Positions 49,726 through 62,697 of a DNA stretch of 64,000 bases are shown in pieces. Each line of letters begins with the position of its first letter. Positions within the stretch are counted from its first letter, which is position 1. The stretch lies in contig NC_068998.1 in assembly GCF_001194135.2 (NCBI RefSeq), forward strand, positions 19,522,742 through 19,586,741. Direction: 5' to 3'. Both the position numbers and the translations under genes were made by a program. This stretch comes from Octopus bimaculoides. Taxonomy: Eukaryota. The notes under the pieces were generated by a model. The model worked only from the letters and a program-made list of their open reading frames with translations, was not told the origin of the DNA and did no database searches.

Positions 49726-52504
49726 ATATTTTACTGACTGACTGCTTCTTTTAAGACGACAGGTGTGATCTAAAGAAGATTTGACTTATTAACAGCATGT
49801 CAAGTTACTTTCAGGGACCTCCCACTTACTCATGTAGTCAAGCACATCTGTTGTACATGACTCATGTCATCAGACAGGTCTCTTTTAATCCTTGGAAAGA
49901 TGAAAAAAGAACATATAATTAATGTAGCCGGCATTCTTTCACATGCTGGCTGCATTTACATCCAACTGCATACATATCCTGCTGCATGCACAAGCTAACT
50001 ACATGTGTATATACATGTGTATATACATGTGTATATACATGCGACCAACAATAACTATGTGAGCACACACGCACATGCATAAAAGAAAACTTGATGCTGC
50101 AGATGAAGCTAGTTTGTATTTTGAATTGGCAATGGGATTCTAGAAGTACTATGCTTTAATTACAATCACTAAGTGAAATTATATTGTTAAATTGTATTTT
50201 AATCACAAAATTAGATAAACTATGAACGTTTTTAACATGTAAAAGGGTCATTGAAATAGTAAAAAAAAAAAAAAAAAAAGAATGAGCAGAACATTAAAAC
50301 ATATTACAAGTCATTACAAATACTGGTCTTCCTACATTTTCTACCCACTCACAAGTTTGGATTTTCTTAACGATAAGAAGCTGAAATTCTGAGCCAACTA
50401 TATAAAGATAACTAATTCTCCAGAGACCTGTTTAGTTGGATGCAGTAGTATAGAGAAAGAAAAGTGCTGGCATGCTACCAACTTTGTACTGGCAGTGCTC
50501 TCAACACCAGTCAGCTAGTTGTAAGCCAAGTAGAAAAACAAAACTATGAACTGCTGCTGCTGAAATATATAACAAGATGCAACTGTCAGCTTTTCTTGTG
50601 TCTCCAAGTTGTAGTTGTCAGAAGCATTAGGATTCAAGTCTGGTGGTGGCAGGGATAAAACACTGTGTGTGTTTAGGGTCCACTACTGCCCTGAGCTCTA
50701 TCAAGTCAGGCTGAGGTGAAGTTGCCAGGCACCTATTTACCATGTATGGCCACACAGAGACTTAGTGGGAGTCTTCATGAGAAAGAGGCAACATACTGGC
50801 AGAGGCTGCTTCCCAGTTCACCTCATGAGCTAGCCAGCAGCAGCAGATTGGAAACTAGATGGTTCCAAACAGGTGAAAAGTATCAATACACCTAGCTCAC
50901 CAATTATTTGTTATTACACTAAGACACATCATGCTATACTGTGAAAAACATGTGTGTGTGTGTGTGTAGATATACATCCCAGAACTGTAGAGTCAGTCAT
51001 GGCATCAAGGGCAAGTATTAGGTTAGTGAAGTTAGTGGTGACTGTTGTTCCATATAGTGCCTCACACACCACCTCACCAGCTGCCTATATTGTTCCATAT
51101 CCTACTGAAATCAAAGTGGTCAGACATTGCAACACAAGGTGGCCTGTGTCTTTTGGGGAGATATTTGACAAGCTGAGCAAAGAGGAGATTCACAATACTG
51201 CCGTCAATGTGACCTCATCTCATTCTGTTTCAATATATGTCTATTACTTTCTGGTTAGACTCCAGAAATTAGGCAGTAGTTCATTCAATAATGTCTCCAA
51301 CCGGGCCATACCACTGAAGGGGTGTTCCTTCCATTTGTTTCACCAGTTGTAAATAAATGTTGAAGTTTTTCTCTACTAATTTCTGGAAAGGTCTTCACCC
51401 TTTAGCTTTCAGATTACTTTGTCAAATGCAATACTTATTCATTCACATTGTTTTGAATTTATCATACATTATTTTGTAGCTTCATGATTTCAATGACATG
51501 ATTGTATATTGTTAGAATGACATTGTAAAGTAGATGTGAGAGGCCTGATCTGGTTAGTTTGAACATAAAACAGGTAGAATATTTGGGCCAGATAAGAGTC
51601 AATCTTAGTGCTAAGATGATTGGTGTTGTGTCAATTAAATATAACATGTCATATAATGTGTTAAAATTTCAGTTCCACAGATGGCATTTAAACCATTTAG
51701 CATATAGTCATAGTTGTCAATGTGGCTTGCAGCTGGCCTTGTTTGGTATGCAGCATTGATAAGTTACAACAATGACGAAACATCAATGTCTGATGCTCCA
51801 AGAAGGGACATATGTGAGTTGTCTCGCTTGATTAAGACTTACTTTTAGGTGTTTTTTTCACACCAGGCACATAGAGAATATATTCTCTTATGCCTAATAA
51901 CTGCAGCTGACCCATGAACTAACAACACACATACACAAGGTATGTGTGCTGTTAGTTTGTGTATGCGTGTTCGATTTTGTTAATAATTTGAGTTTTCTGC
52001 ACTGAAAATAATCAAATCAGATTTAATGGCTCCAATTTAGGGGCCATTATAAATTCTATTTCTAAGAACATGATGTCAATAGTTAAATAAAAAATCCAAA
52101 TCCAAGATTTACTATTTTTATAGAATATAATGTTTCTTTAATAAATTTTGTAGAGATAAACTTTTTAATCTTTTATAATATAATTTTTATTTCATTTAAT
52201 GTAATCTTTCATGTTACACTCAAATTTCCATCTCAATAGGAAAGAATTATTGTATGTTACTGAGTTTATTTCTTTTAAAATGATCTTTTATTAAATTGCT
52301 TTAGACATTTAATCTTTATTTTTCACTTTGATATTCTCTAGGTTTTTTTTTTAAACTGGTAAACAAAAACATTCCTAATTTCATCTTATAGTATTTTTAT
52401 GGTTTATTATTTTTATATCTTTTTATTTTATACCTGTTGATAAAAACAGCCTCTTAAAATATTTTTTTTAAAGTTCTGTTTTATGCTTAATTGTATGTAA
52501 CTTC

Positions 52505-53075
52505 TTTATCATCATCATCATTATTTAATGTCCATTTTCCATACTGGCATGAGTTGGACGGCTTAATAGGAACTGGCAAGGCCAAGGGCTGCACCCAGTT
52601 CCATTGTCTGTTGTGTGGCATGGTTTCTATGGCTGGATGCCCTTCCTAATGCCAAGCTCTTTACTGAGTATACTGGGTGCTTTTTGAGTGGCACCATCAC
52701 CAGTCCCTTTTACATGGCACCAGCATCAGTGCTTTTCATGTGATACCAGTACCCATATCAATGCATTACATGTGGCACCTTGATTTTAGGATCTCAATTC
52801 TGTTGCAGTGGGCAGGTCTTCTTGAGTACAGCAATGCACTACATATCTCAGCCCTCTGTCATCTTTGTAGGGCTCAGCGCTTTGAGATTGGCCTTTACTA
52901 CTTCATGGGTCTCCCTCTTCCACACCTTCCCTCCACTTTAAGTGATCGGCACTTCTTTATGCAACTGTCCTCATCCATCCACATCACATGACCAAACCTG
53001 CACAGTCTTCTCTCTTGCACACTACATCTAATTCCTCTTATGTCCAACTTCTCTTTCAGTACAACAGTGCTCTGT
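52505..53075 (-). mobile_element. RTE-clade LINE 3' end with 3' UTR and (GAT)n tail
   Basis: Minus translation LKEKLDIRGIRCSVQERRLCRFGHVMWMDEDSCIKKCRSLKVEGRCGRGRP, then a UTR ending ...GCCAGTATGGAAAATGGACATTAAATAATGATGATG. Confidence 0.85.
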
Positions 53076-53315
53076 CACACATGCACACTAAAAATGTCAC
53101 AATGGCACAGCTATTGCCCTTAAAAGCCAAACTTCAACAAGTTAGGATGCTATATATAACTTATGATTTACATTGGCCATATATGTTGTGTATTTTCAAT
53201 CACTGTAAAAAATATATGATTGGTCTAATTACAAATATGATTGGTTTAATTACAGAGTTACACCTCTCTCTCTCTCTCTCTCACTGTATATATATATATA
53301 TATATATATATATTA

Positions 53316-53700
53316 TCATCATCGGTTGACGTCCGTTTTCCATGCTAGCATGGCTTGCACGATTTGACTGAGGACTGACGAACCTGATAGCTGCACTAGG
53401 CTCCAATCTGATCTGGCAGAGTTTCTACAGCTGGATGCCTTTCCTAACACCAACCACTCCAAGAGTGTAGTGGGTGCTTTTACATGCCACCGGCACGAGG
53501 GCCAGTCAGGCAGTACTGGCAACGGCCACGCTGAAATGGTGTTTTTCACGTGTCACCTGCACAGGAGTCAGTCTAGTGGTACTGGAATGACCTCGCTCGA
53601 ATGGTTTGTTCATGTGCCACCAGCACAAGTGCCAGTAAGGTGACGCTGGTAGCGATTACGCTCATGCTATTTACATGCCACCAGCATGGAAGCCAGAGAG
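53316..53700 (-). mobile_element. Family C repeat (RTE-type tail)
   Basis: Reverse complement of 49480-49725, with extra upstream ...GGCACGTAAAAGCAC-like repeats. Confidence 0.8.
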
Positions 53701-54233
53701 CTGCCATAAATATATAAATGCATACACCCACACAGATCTAATAATCAAAGGCAAGACGTTTCATATTAACTCACTAACAATGAGTTTTCTCTGTCATTAA
53801 TTCTTGCTGGTTCAGTCAATGGCACAGATCACTGCTGTAATATGCAACAACAGTTAACAACCAACAAAACTTTTCAATACAATCTTGCAGTGAGTTATGT
53901 AAATCTTCTCATTAGGAATTGGAGAGATAAACATCCATTTGAAGATTTAGTAAAGACACATGCAAACCCTGCCGCAATGACTCCATTCAAAATTATGTGA
54001 AATTTTTATTATCGACTTTAATTAAATCTTTATTCGATTCTTTATTTTTTTTATTTAGTGGGTACCTAAAATTATCATATTGTTGATTGAAATCACTGAA
54101 AATTAAACCAGATGATGACTGTAATTAGCAATGAGTTATAATGTAAAATAATTCATTCTAAATCTAAAGTGCTTAATATTTTTGATACAACCTGCAAGAG
54201 ACTGCTCTTGTTCTATGATATAAACTTCCTGTT

Positions 54234-54455
54234 TTAACCCTTCAGCATTCAAACTGGCCATATCTAACCCGAATATTCTGTTTTATGTTCAAACTGGCCA
54301 GATTCAGCCTCTCACACCTATCCTACAATGTCATTCTAAAAGTAAACAATCACATCATTGAAATATTAAAGCTATGAGATAGTGCACAATTAATTCAAAA
54401 CAATGTGAATAAATAAGTATTACATTTGACAGAGTAATCTGAATATTAAAGGGTC
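54234..54455 (+). mobile_element. ~220-bp MITE with TTAA-CCCT-type ends (piggyBac-like)
   Basis: TTAACCCTTCAGCATT...AATATTAAAGGGTCAA. Copies at 3200-3420(+), 43742-43972(-), 48290-48520(+) and 51400-51590(-). Nested here in a second MITE related to 22315-22550. Confidence 0.7.
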
Positions 54456-55518
54456 AAAGTAATATAAATTAAAACTTATCAAAATTTTATGTTAATTTAT
54501 TTCAAACATCATTTTATTAATGACAAAATTATTTTTCTAAATTCTTCATTGTTTTAAAAATTATGTGTATGTCTACAGAAATATGATAACAAAAGAGTTA
54601 AGCAACTAACAACCTACACTACATGACGCAAACAGGTTGGTTATTTAGCTTCAACTGATTCTGATATATATCCAAAATTCCTAAGAGTTTTCCAGTTGTT
54701 TTTCTAAAGTCAACTGTACTAAATTGTTATAAGTGTTTGTTCTTGAAGACAGCTAAAATACAGCTACTATTTGGCAAATGTATTTCTCCAACTGTCTCTC
54801 TCCACACTTGCTGTGAACTGAAATAGTAAAATACACAAAAGAAATAAAACAATCCACAGCAGGAAAACTATTTCTGTAAGATGTAAGTGTCATCGTTTCA
54901 TGTCTAACTTCTTGTAATAGAAGTGCATAAAATGTCAGCTACTAAATTCATAATTAAAATAAATAAAACACTAAATAAACAATTGCTCTGTATCAGAAGC
55001 AACAGCAGATAAAACCAGAACCACTTATCTGGCACAAAGCGACAAAAGATACTGAGAACAACTCCTTTATCAAAATTAAGTATATGGTTCCTGTAGCTAG
55101 TTGGGTGCAGCTTATTTCTCGAAGGACAGGCATTGTATTTAAAGAGAAAATTATCATTACTTTTGTTATATGTATTTTATGTGCAGTATAAAATACAGAG
55201 AAATTTAACGAAGTTCCTGTTTATGAATCTAGTATTTCAAAACATTTATTTTCAATTGAAAAATAATTCTACAAGAAGTTAGATTAAGCTCCATTTAAAG
55301 GATGTTCTGCTGAGAAATTTATGTCAAAAGTAGTGAATACCTTAATTCAGGTATCCCCAACCACTGAATTGCAGACCTGTAGTGGGCCATGAACCATTTG
55401 ATATTGGGCCACACAGAAAGAATAAGTTAAAAGTTTTATTTCTATTTTACTGACTATTACAGCCTGCAGGATGGGTGCCTAAATTTAAGTGCCACATTCA
55501 ATCTTGAATCTAAATCTT

Positions 55519-55564
<46 letters not shown>

Positions 55565-57204
55565 CAGCCAAATCGCTGTCATACCTACAGCCTACTGTCT
55601 TAAATAAAGGACACATCTGACAACATAAAAGTATGATGCTCTACCAACTGATGGTGGCATATAAAAAGCACCCAGCACACTCTGTTAAGTTGTTGATGTT
55701 ATGAAAGGCATCCAGCTGTAGAAACCATGCCAGAACAGACAGTTGGAGTTCGGACAGCTCCCTGCTAGCCAGCTCCATGTCAAACTGTCCAACCCATGCC
55801 AGTATGGAGACTGGATGTTAAACAATGATGATGATTGGACAATGTAGTCCATAACATATAAAAAAGATGAGATGGTCATGTCTGGAAAGCTTTCAATCAT
55901 AGATCGATAAAGGATTAATATCTGACTGGAATTCTTATTTCCGATGATCTTTCATTTGTTTTCTACTTCAGCAACTAACCCTCATCAGATATCACAAATC
56001 ACATATGTGATACAATTCATTAATAATAATACCAATGAATATAGTCGTTGTCATCATTATCAACGCAGACCAAACTGTTATACACCGGATTAGTTGGATA
56101 ATATAATAAATAAATAAATAAAAAAACAAACAGATAAATAAAATAAATAAAAATGATAAAAATAGATTAATGATTCAGACTGCAAGTCACAAACGGCTAC
56201 TAGGATTTCTCCAAATAACTTGTAGCTTGACTGTTGCTTGCATACAGACATCCCCGTGACTTGCCGCATTCAATACGCAATGCACCTAAAAATCAATAAT
56301 ATTGTTGTGTATGTGTGCGTGTGTGTACATGTGACACAAGCACACAGATAAACACACAAGCGCACACACATATACATATACACATACACAGAAACAAAAT
56401 ACAATTCTCTCAATATATTTATCAAACTTCCTTGGGTTTTCCTCTTTTTTTTTTTTTGCTTTTAACTTAATTGTCATATTTTTTTCAGCATATTTACATT
56501 TACTTAATGACTTGCAGTACTAAACCAGCCATTTCGGTTGGTTCCTGAATATTGTAACTTTTTCTTTAAAAAAAAAAAAAAGGTAATATGTTCATATCAG
56601 TTGTGGCTCCACCCACTATATAACAGAAGTTTGTAGATGGTTTTTAAATTACTACAGATCAACAGTGGCAAGTGATTCTCTGAAAATAACAGTAAAATCT
56701 CCCTCAAATAACATAATTTTTAAAATGTGAAGGATATATGGAGTTATGCAATCCTAGAGTTATGCAATACCAGGTAAAATGAAATAGTCAGGGTTAGAAC
56801 ACCATTTTCATTCAGATTCATTACAACATAACATAGAATGCCTTGCGCTAGTTGTCCTGGTACTTTGTTCTTTGAACTTAAATCTTGCCAAGATCAATTA
56901 CATCATCATCGTTTTAATGCCTACTTTTCTCTTTGCATGAGCTTATTGAAGCACATTTTCTATGGCTTGATGCCTCACCTGTTTCCAAGCAAGGTAATAT
57001 TTCCCTGTGGTCAGACATTTCTTGCAGAATACAGGAAATCAATGACACTGCTTGTTTGACAGTGACACATAGATTGTAAAGACAAGAAGGCACACACACA
57101 CACACACACACACACATATCTACAAACATATATATACACACACATACATATATAAGCACATATGTATATATGTATACATGCACATCCAAACACATACACA
57201 TATG

Positions 57205-57256
<52 letters not shown>

Positions 57257-58012
57257 GCTGGCTTCCATGCAATTTGTCAGCCAAATCCACCAACAAGGCT
57301 TTGGTCAGCCCAGGGCTACAGAAAAAGACACTTGCCCAAAGTGCTATGCAGTGGGACTGAACCAAGAACCATGTGATTGGGAAGCAAACTTCTTATCACA
57401 CAACGAGGCAGATGACTGTCCAACCCAAGTTCAAGGTAGTGGACTGGTGGAACTATAATACTGGACTTGATGATTTGTGGTATCTGTTTTGATATTTTGC
57501 ATTCTAAGTTCAAATCCAGCTATGAGTCTATTTGGATGCCAGATTTAATCTGTCAATTGGTTTAACAACATCACAATTTCACATCAAGAATCCTTGCAAA
57601 CCAAATACAAAAAGAAAAAAAAAATGGAAATACTAGGTTAGCATTGATGAAGTATTTACTGTTAATAGTGACTGAAAATATCACTCAGATATGCACCTGG
57701 ACAAACTGAGAGTTAAAATTGCTTACCAAAGTGTCACTTCCAGTATTATGCTATGTATATACTTACCACATATATATATAATTTTAATAAAATATAGTGT
57801 GTTTTGTCTAAATATATATTGATTTAAAATATATATATATATATATNNNNNNNNNNNNNNNNNNNNNNNNNNNNNNNNNNNNNNNNNNNNNNNNNNNNNN
57901 NNNNNNNNNNNNNNNNNNNNNNNNNNNNNNNNNNNNNNNNNNNNNNACACTTATTCCAACATGCCACACACTTATTCCAACATGCCACACACTTATCAAA
58001 TTTTATATTAGT

Positions 58013-58315
58013 AAACAGGCATAGCTGTGTGGTAAGAAGTTTGCTTCCACAACCATATGGTTCTGGGTTCAGTCCCATGGCATGGCACCTTCAGCAAGTA
58101 TCTTCTACTTCAGCTTCAGGCTAACCAAAGCCTTATGAACTGACCAAAGCCACCATCATTTGTCAACTAGTGCTGGTTTGTTTATATTCTTGTAACTTAG
58201 CAGTGTGGCAAAAGAGACTGATTAAGAATCAAATTTAAAAATAAGTACTGGGGTTTGTTTGTTTGATTAAATCCTTCAAGGCAATGCTCCAGTTCAATGA
58301 CTGAAACAAGTAGAT
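58013..58315 (+). mobile_element. SINE family A copy
   Basis: Head GGCATAGCTGTGTGGTAAGAAG, tail AATGACTGAAACAAGTA. Further partial copies at 16118-16272, 37388-37590, 41280-41390, 49370-49480 and 57255-57398. Confidence 0.8.
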
Positions 58316-59659
58316 GATAAAAGATAATTAATCCCCGTATGTCACCAATAACTATTTGTGTTTTAGACCTCAGGCCAGCCTTGATTCAGCAGATTTTTGA
58401 CTGAAAATGGTCCAGCTGTGGTCAACCCCATCTTTATCTTTTTTTTTTTCAAGCATAGATTATCCAGGATTACATTATCTTATGTTTTGCCTTTTGTAAG
58501 AAGGTAGGAAACTGATTGAAGGAAATTTAGTAGCTGTTTCTAGCAGGTCAGGTGACCATATAGCGGTTCTCTCACAGGCTTGACCAATAACTAATTCATT
58601 TGTCTTGATTGGCAACAGTAAGCCACTATATCATTCAACAAGGAAGGATCCAACCCTATGTGTGGTCCAATATACCATTCCTGCAGCTAAATTACTACCA
58701 GCATATGAAACAGAATAACACCAATTTCAAGTTGCTGATCAAGTCTGGAATGTAGATAGATGTGTGCTTTTTGTTCAGGCTAGGATGCATTGTATCTATA
58801 TACAAGTAGACACATGCACAGACTATTGCTAACATCAATCAGATAGAGATTCTCCTATAAAAATAATACGAATTTTTATCTTACTGTGTTGTAGCTTAGA
58901 AAACTACAGTTATTTACTCAGTAACTTAGCAACATAATTGCTAACTCTCCAGATAAAGCTGTGAAGAGATAGACTTCATGATTACAGTAAAATTAATGCT
59001 ACAAAGAACATTATAATTAGCAATAGAATCAGAGTATACCAATATGGAATTTATCAACTGGCATCCTATTTAAATATTCATCAATATATCTAAAAAACAA
59101 ACAAACACACACACACACACACAACCAGAGTCATTAAAATTATAATGAACAGATATGGTGCATGTGTGTATGAGTGTGCTTTTTTTGTCAACTTTATCTC
59201 ATAAGATACTGCGGAATATTGCTTTATAAAAACTCATGCCATATGTTTGGATATCTGGGTATTACAAACAGTGCAGAAAATGTGAAATAGATAGAAATTC
59301 TGCAGAAGTATGCATTAGTAACATTCTCTGTGGGAGGGAGAGGGGAGATCTTATTTATATAACAGCTAACAAGACATGAGCATGTGACTAGACTGAAATT
59401 CATGTGACAATATATGCTTTGGCAAGAAAATGGGAATGATAGTATAATTATATACTTTTATAAATATTATTTGCATATGCATCAAAGAATGAGTGGGCTT
59501 CTTTCTTTTAAAATATTTTATATCTTAGAGACATATGCATATATGACAAAGTATATGTTAATTCTTAGATCAATTAGTCTTGGACTGAAATATTATTAAA
59601 AGGAATTAAGGTCTTTGACTAGAGTATATCAGCTCCTCCACTAAAGAGAGCTTAAAAGC

Positions 59660-59900
59660 AAAACATTTTTCCATAGGGATTATTTAGCTACCAGACTGAA
59701 CAGATATATCTGTTATGACCATCCCATCATTTTGAATATTTATGACCATATTTTTTAATGTATCTTTCCTCTTTTTTAAAGACGACAGAGTATGATCTGA
59801 CAGAGATTTGGCTGCTATCGAAGGAAGACTTGGCTATTATTTGAGGGAGATTAGGTAGCAGATTGAATGATCACATAGTGACCTCTTCATTGGTCCAGTA
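59660..59900. repeat. Abundant unclassified interspersed repeat (GATTTGGCTGCTATTTCTAGCAGG core)
   Basis: Diverged copies at ~31330-31510, 33190-33270, 39190-39380, 39500-39640, 42170-42600, 55560-55620 and 58360-58580. Confidence 0.6.
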
Positions 59901-60301
59901 GTCAGCACTTGCAACAGCATTCAGATTAAAACAAAAAAGAAAACTTTTTCCAAGGTTACATATAGATATCTAAATTTATAAACTGTCACCTGCCAATATG
60001 AACAAATTCATACACAAGAAAGAAAGAACTTATCTTTTTGACAAGTGATAAATGTGCTCAAAATATTATTTGTGGATTCTCCTGTTTAGACAATTTTCTT
60101 TAGCTATTACAACTGAAATATATTCTTGTCTTCCATTAATTAGGATTTGAAAAAAAAAAAAACACAGACAAAAAGGACCTAGTTAATATTATCTCATTCA
60201 CTCATATTTTGCTTCTTTCATTCCAAACCATCAGAAGTGTATAGCAAGTTAAGTCTAACATTAATATTTACATTAGACAACGGATGAATCATGCTTAATT
60301 T

Positions 60302-61169
60302 NNNNNNNNNNNNNNNNNNNNNNNNNNNNNNNNNNNNNNNNNNNNNNNNNNNNNNNNNNNNNNNNNNNNNNNNNNNNNNNNNNNNNNNNNNNNNNNNNNN
60401 NNNNNNNNNNNNNNNNNNNNNNNNNNNNNNNNNNNNNNNNNNNNNNNNNNNNNNNNNNNNNNNNNNNNNNNNNNNNNNNNNNNNNNNNNNNNNNNNNNNN
60501 NNNNNNNNNNNNNNNNNNNNNNNNNNNNNNNNNNNNNNNNNNNNNNNNNNNNNNNNNNNNNNNNNNNNNNNNNNNNNNNNNNNNNNNNNNNNNNNNNNNN
60601 NNNNNNNNNNNNNNNNNNNNNNNNNNNNNNNNNNNNNNNNNNNNNNNNNNNNNNNNNNNNNNNNNNNNNNNNNNNNNNNNNNNNNNNNNNNNNNNNNNNN
60701 NNNNNNNNNNNNNNNNNNNNNNNNNNNNNNNNNNNNNNNNNNNNNNNNNNNNNNNNNNNNNNNNNNNNNNNNNNNNNNNNNNNNNNNNNNNNNNNNNNNN
60801 NNNNNNNNNNNNNNNNNNNNNNNNNNNNNNNNNNNNNNNNNNNNNNNNNNNNNNNNNNNNNNNNNNNNNNNNNNNNNNNNNNNNNNNNNNNNNNNNNNNN
60901 NNNNNNNNNNNNNNNNNNNNNNNNNNNNNNNNNNNNNNNNNNNNNNNNNNNNNNNNNNNNNNNNNNNNNNNNNNNNNNNNNNNNNNNNNNNNNNNNNNNN
61001 NNNNNNNNNNNNNNNNNNNNNNNNNNNNNNNNNNNNNNNNNNNNNNNNNNNNNNNNNNNNNNNNNNNNNNNNNNNNNNNNNNNNNNNNNNNNNNNNNNNN
61101 NNNNNNNNNNNNNNNNNNNNNNNNNNNNNNNNNNNNNNNNNNNNNNNNNNNNNNNNNNNNNNNNNNNNN
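60302..61169. other. Assembly gap (N); other gaps at 32382-32462, 44404-44556, 45765-46393 and 57847-57946
   Basis: Runs of N, most flanked by microsatellites. Confidence 0.99.
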
Positions 61170-62640
61170 TGCTAAGAATGATTAGAAAGAGTTAATATTA
61201 AATAGTGGCTTAGCCAGTCTATTTGCTAAAATTGAACAAAGCTATTCTAATTTCCTAGTATGGAAGGAAGGCTCATAAAAACATTTATAGTATCTTTATG
61301 AAGATTAGCTAAACTAGACTTAGTAGCTGCTAGTAGTTTTATGTGGATGAGAAAAATTTAGAGTTTTAAAATTAGAGCTGTTAAAAATAATCAGAATCAA
61401 GGGTATTAATTAGCTGGAAAAGAAGCAAGTCGAAATGCTGGATAATTTTTTTGAAAAATTATCTAAAACATCTAAAATTACTTTAGAAATATTTACTACT
61501 GTTTGATAAATTTAAACGTTTTTTTGATGCAGTTTTGGACTAATATCAAACTATATACATTCTGGCTAATACCAGGACATATGCTCAAAACATAACATTT
61601 ATTGAAACAGATAAGAATTTACTACTCCAACATCTTTTAGAAATATTTCCAAAGACAAAGAAAAGCAAAGGTCCCTCAAAATCAAAAGTGTAGATATATT
61701 CTCAATTGGACAGTACCTCTCCTCCCCAGTTAAGAGGTATAACAAATTGCTTCTGAAAGTGGAACTTTTCTTGGGGGTAGAGTCTTTAGTTCTGTGCCCA
61801 GGTAAAAAATGATGTGACCTTCCCAATGATGTTATTGGAGGGCATTATAGCACTTGGATCCTAAATTTCCAAACAAACTATGACAGAGATACGTAATTTT
61901 TATCTGTTTCTTAACATGAAGGTGTAAAAACAATGAAGACAGTGACCAGTGAAAGTAGCTGCAGTTAGACAAACATTTTTAGGGGCTATCTGGATGTGTT
62001 TAATTACTTCTTCTTAGCAGCAGCATCCTCCGGAGTGGATTTGCAGACAGGTTTTGGCAATAACAGGCTGATGTGAGTGAGCTGTATGAGGATAACTATG
62101 CAACAACAGTATTTGATCAGGAAAGTTGAGTTGTCCATACAGAAGTAATTTACCACAATACTGTGCAAACCAATGAACTTATGGTATTTGTGTGAATGGG
62201 AAGTGATGTGCTATTTGAATAGATTTGCAGCTATGTTCATATTAACTTCTTGGTTATGTGGTGGATTAAACAAATTTACTTTATTTTTCCTGGTTCTGTC
62301 TAGTGAGAAGTCATTAACAAGTTAAAGAACTCCAAGATTTAAAAGGACTCAAAATTAAATAGGGATATGCTGGATTGGGAAGACTAAGTTTTATCTTTGG
62401 TAGTTAAGGTGACAACTTTGGATGAGTATGAGGCATTTTGGCACAGCTGTTTTAATGCCACCTGCCAGACATTATTGATTCAACACTGACTTATTTGATA
62501 TCAGAGGCTTTAATGTTTCTTTTCTTTCAGTGTTTCTCTTATTCTCTCTCTTTTATGTATATGAGGAGATTCAATTACCAAATTGCAATGACTGTATCTT
62601 CTCCTCTCTATCTGTAAGTGTATTTTTGTGTGGGTAAACA

Positions 62641-62697
<57 letters not shown>

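Noticed and set aside
56523-56543. Hairpin AACCAGCC-ATTTC-GGTTGGTT
   Set aside because: A single 8-bp stem is expected by chance and no ncRNA context is visible.
57947-57996. 21-bp direct repeat ACACTTATTCCAACATGCCAC (about 2.5 copies)
   Set aside because: Short local duplication abutting a gap, possibly an assembly effect, with no further structure.
61170-62460. Possible decayed LINE ORF after the large gap
   Set aside because: Purine-rich, coding-like texture, but I could not recover any RT or endonuclease motif.
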